Of a stretch of 64,000 nucleotides of DNA, positions 60,417 through 64,000 are shown piece after piece. The DNA is from Alloascoidea hylecoeti (taxonomy: Eukaryota). The stretch's first letter is position 1. Every line of letters starts with the position of its first letter. The notes beneath the pieces are model-generated. The model was not told the origin of the DNA and ran no database searches. It worked only from the letters and a program-made list of their open reading frames with translations. A program made the position numbers and the translations under genes. Where the stretch lies: the NCBI GenBank assembly GCA_001600815.1, contig BCKZ01000011.1, positions 1 to 64,000 on the forward strand, written 5' to 3'.

Positions 60417-63400
60417 TCCTCTGGCACCCCAGGCGTGCCTGTAGCCATATAAGCTTTTACAGTTAACATTTGGCTTGTACACCTGCACCAAAGCTTAAGC
60501 CGGTAGAGCGCAGCGCAGTACGTCCACGTCAATGGCTGCTGGGACCGGGCTCCAGTGGCCTTCCAGGGCTCCCAGGTCCCAGATCTTTGCCAGAACTGCC
60601 ATGATTCCCAGGGCTTCCCGGGGCAGATCGATGCCGACTGTTACCAATGCCATGACACATGGAGTTTGCTATATAATTATGCACTGCAGTCAAACATCTA
60701 AACCAAAAATACCTAAACAGAGTGTATCTGCATATGCATCTGTGTATGTACTGGTACAGCTGCCCGCATATGCAGTCGGCCTACGTGAACCTTAATCATG
60801 GAAATAATATATTATTTTCCATACATGACCGTTTCAGCTCATACCTTTCATTCCACATGCATATCCTATCCTACGATTTCTACCTCTTAATATTTATATT
60901 CATATTCATATCCTTCACAATAAATTATATGTTTACTAATCCTAGAGCAACATGTATGTGTCTTAGTAATCTTCTGTATATGGGAGATGGGACATGAATT
61001 GTCCAAGGTAGTCACCTGTTTGCATTACAATTACATATATTTTAAAGTGTGTTACAGTGACAACTTACAAGGGACAAATGAAATATCTCTAAAATGTTAT
61101 ATTCTATATAAACAATATTTATATGGATTCATGTGTTTGTTGATATGACAACTCTTTACGCTTTATTTCTAAATAATCATGATCAGATCTTCGAGCTGTC
61201 AATTGTTCATTGTCTTTACTTAAATTATTAAACACTTACAATATTACCAATCTTCAACCCTTCTCATACATCTGCCATGTTAGGATTTCTTTTCTTGCGA
61301 CTTTTAGAGTTTGATTGAGTAATATATATCCGTTTGTGATATACAATCCTTACCTCATGTCGATCTTTCTCTACTTAATAATCATCTTTATCCCGAATGT
61401 TGACAATCATTTTTTGACACTACGACATCCATTATGACAGGACTCATTGACCATGGAAAATAATGTTAATTTTATGATTTGACATTTACTATTGATACAC
61501 AGATTATTATTATTACAAACCTCGTTGCATATAATGCTAGTAACAATTATAATGGTACTATGCGTATACACAAGTTTTCTCCTTAATAGAAACATTCACT
61601 TTTATAATTAATATTGATTTATTTCATTTTTGTTTTTTGTTTGAAGTATATAATTATATATAAACAAAGTACTAGTGAATCCATATATCCTTATAAACAT
61701 AGATAAACAAAAACAAGCCTCTTTCTAACAAATGATCATGATAAGTATTTGTATATCTATGATTTATTTTAAATAATAAAGTGATTGCATATATTACTAA
61801 GTATTAATATAGTTCTATCTTTTCTTTTTATTTATTATCAATCTTATAAAATATATATAACATTATATTATACGTACACATTAATTATGCAATATTTTTA
61901 AAAAAATAGTAATCAAAAAAAGACAAATATTATGTGTATAAATATTTAAATGTTATAATATTTATTCATAATATATGTTTGTGGATTAAATAAGGAAACA
62001 AATTGCAAACAATTAAACAAAAATGATAATTAATTCCTATCTGATACTATAATTAATTTTGTTTAAAAGATAATCCTTGATCATTCGTAAACATAACCTT
62101 AAAATATAGTAATCATCCTTTCAATTAAGGCTTTAAAATTATCACTTTCGGGAAGTTATTATACATGATGAATTAACCATTCATATGGAAGATCCGAAAC
62201 ATTTAAATATTGGTACATAATTTATAAAAAAACAATTAATTATATTCTAATACGGCTCAGGAACAAATCAAAATTTAAAATTTTAGAAATAAAATCTTTG
62301 TATCAATCAATTTATTATTATTATTATCATTATTATTATTGCAACTGATTCATAAATTCTAGATATTGATAGATCGATTCTTTAATAATAAAGATTCTCT
62401 ATTAACTAAGTAAATGTAATTGTTTTGATTCATAAGTTCTTAATTGATAAAGTTTTAGGCGACTGGTGTAATATCAATACATTTCATAATTAATTAATAT
62501 ATGAAGAATCGAGACCAATCTTTTTAAAAAATTGCCTCCTTGTTTTATTATTATTACTATCATGATACTAAATAATTAAATACACAATCTTAAGCTTAAA
62601 CTTATAGTAGAGGAATATTGAATATCTAGGATTCAATTTACAAGGTCTTGATAACATATTAATTATTATTGATACAGCTGCAAATTTTTTAAAAGTTAAA
62701 CAGCTAGGAACTATCGCCATTCACGATAATCTAACTCTAGCGGGATCAAATTTGATGTGACTCTATACGTTATATAGGAAGATCCATCATCTATGTCCAA
62801 ATATATTGGCCTAGATATGACTCCAGCTATAGTTAGATCTATAGCTACTAAAGCTGAGCTAGTTATATTTTCAGATAGATACAGTTTAGCTTCAGTTCTT
62901 TAAAATTGACCTAGCTATATAGAAGAACCAGTAAATATTATATATTTCAAAATGAAGATTATGTAATTATAAGATCTTTCTTAATTATAAGCTTAATTAT
63001 GGCATGGTGATTACGTGTGTCATCTAATACTGATATATACTCCTTTCAATCACATATAACCCATATTTTACTTTGAAATTTGAATTAACATAAAAATTAA
63101 TTATAAAAATCCTTACTTTTCCAAGAAATCAGAGAATCAGATCTAGAGAATCATAGAAGCAAATGAATAAATTGATGTACCGCACCTACTAGTGGTACTA
63201 AATATTAATACATCTGAAATTTTAAACCATATATGACATGTTTATTATATGGATTTTAAATTACATGTATTTTAAAGCAGATATACTATGATTAATATAC
63301 TGCCTTCATTAAACTTCGGTCTTATAATTACTTATAATTGGTACGTTTTATGACATAAGTTATCATAATTATAACGTTGGATAATTGTTAACGTTGATAT

Positions 63401-64000
63401 AATGATATGTATTACTTAACAAAACATCCAAGCATATATTATTTTATAATATTATTTTTCGATTACAGTAATATCAAGGATTAAGTAAAAAATAATTAAA
63501 CAATTGCAAATCAAAACAATTTTTAATTAAAATATTTATTTTTCTATGCATAATATTTTCATACTTGTTGGATTCACTGAGACATAATTTGCATATAACA
63601 AGTCGATCTCCAATATATCTTTTTGTGGTTAATTAGACCGGGTTTGGATATATTGGACAATAGATTGAAATGTGCTTCATGGGTTCACTGTTCAGGTCCT
63701 TAATAAGAAATTAAAAATTCACTTATAATTATATAAAATAATATATTTCAAAATAAACAAATCTTTAAAAAATGATTGCAGATTTAATTAATATAAATTT
63801 GTAATTGTAAGATAAAAAAATAAGGAGCAAATCATAATATAATTAAGAATATTTAGAATTTACGAATAATAATAATTTATTATGTTATTGAATTGTCATA
63901 TTGTTAAGTATATTTAATTAATATAATATACATGTCATCAAACTTAATTACACGGCCTTTGTGTAACATATGGGAAATAAACAAATTAAACAATATCCAT

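Noticed and set aside
61000..64000. Centromere or genes in the very AT-rich right end
   Set aside because: No CDEI/CDEIII-like elements, long inverted repeats or credible ORFs. A faint coding-like patch at ~62700-62930 could not be identified.

Overview
AT-rich eukaryotic (budding-yeast-like, Saccharomycotina) chromosomal segment with short spliceosomal introns. No tRNA, CRISPR array or intact transposon was recognised. Intact genes, left to right: a Gly-rich small protein; a split ORF with a Mutator-type (WRKY/GCM1-like) zinc-finger motif; two paralogous MFS transporters; an F-box protein; a PQ-loop protein; a 1000-aa catalytically dead hAT-transposase derivative; WBP1 (1 intron); a JJJ2-like J-protein; SFH5; THI4; a GPI-type yapsin-like aspartyl protease; and a CTI6-PPQ1-CBC2 (3 introns)-CUP9 block. 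The intergenic DNA is full of decayed fragments not captured by the ORF track: FAS1, a Ty3/gypsy integrase tail, 18S rRNA, TEF1, two F-box copies, DAL5 and a pogo/Fot1-like transposase. These are interspersed with clusters of a GC-rich motif, GTGGCCGAWWATT, which resembles hAT terminal/subterminal repeats. All identifications come from manual translation and recalled family motifs; no searches were run.
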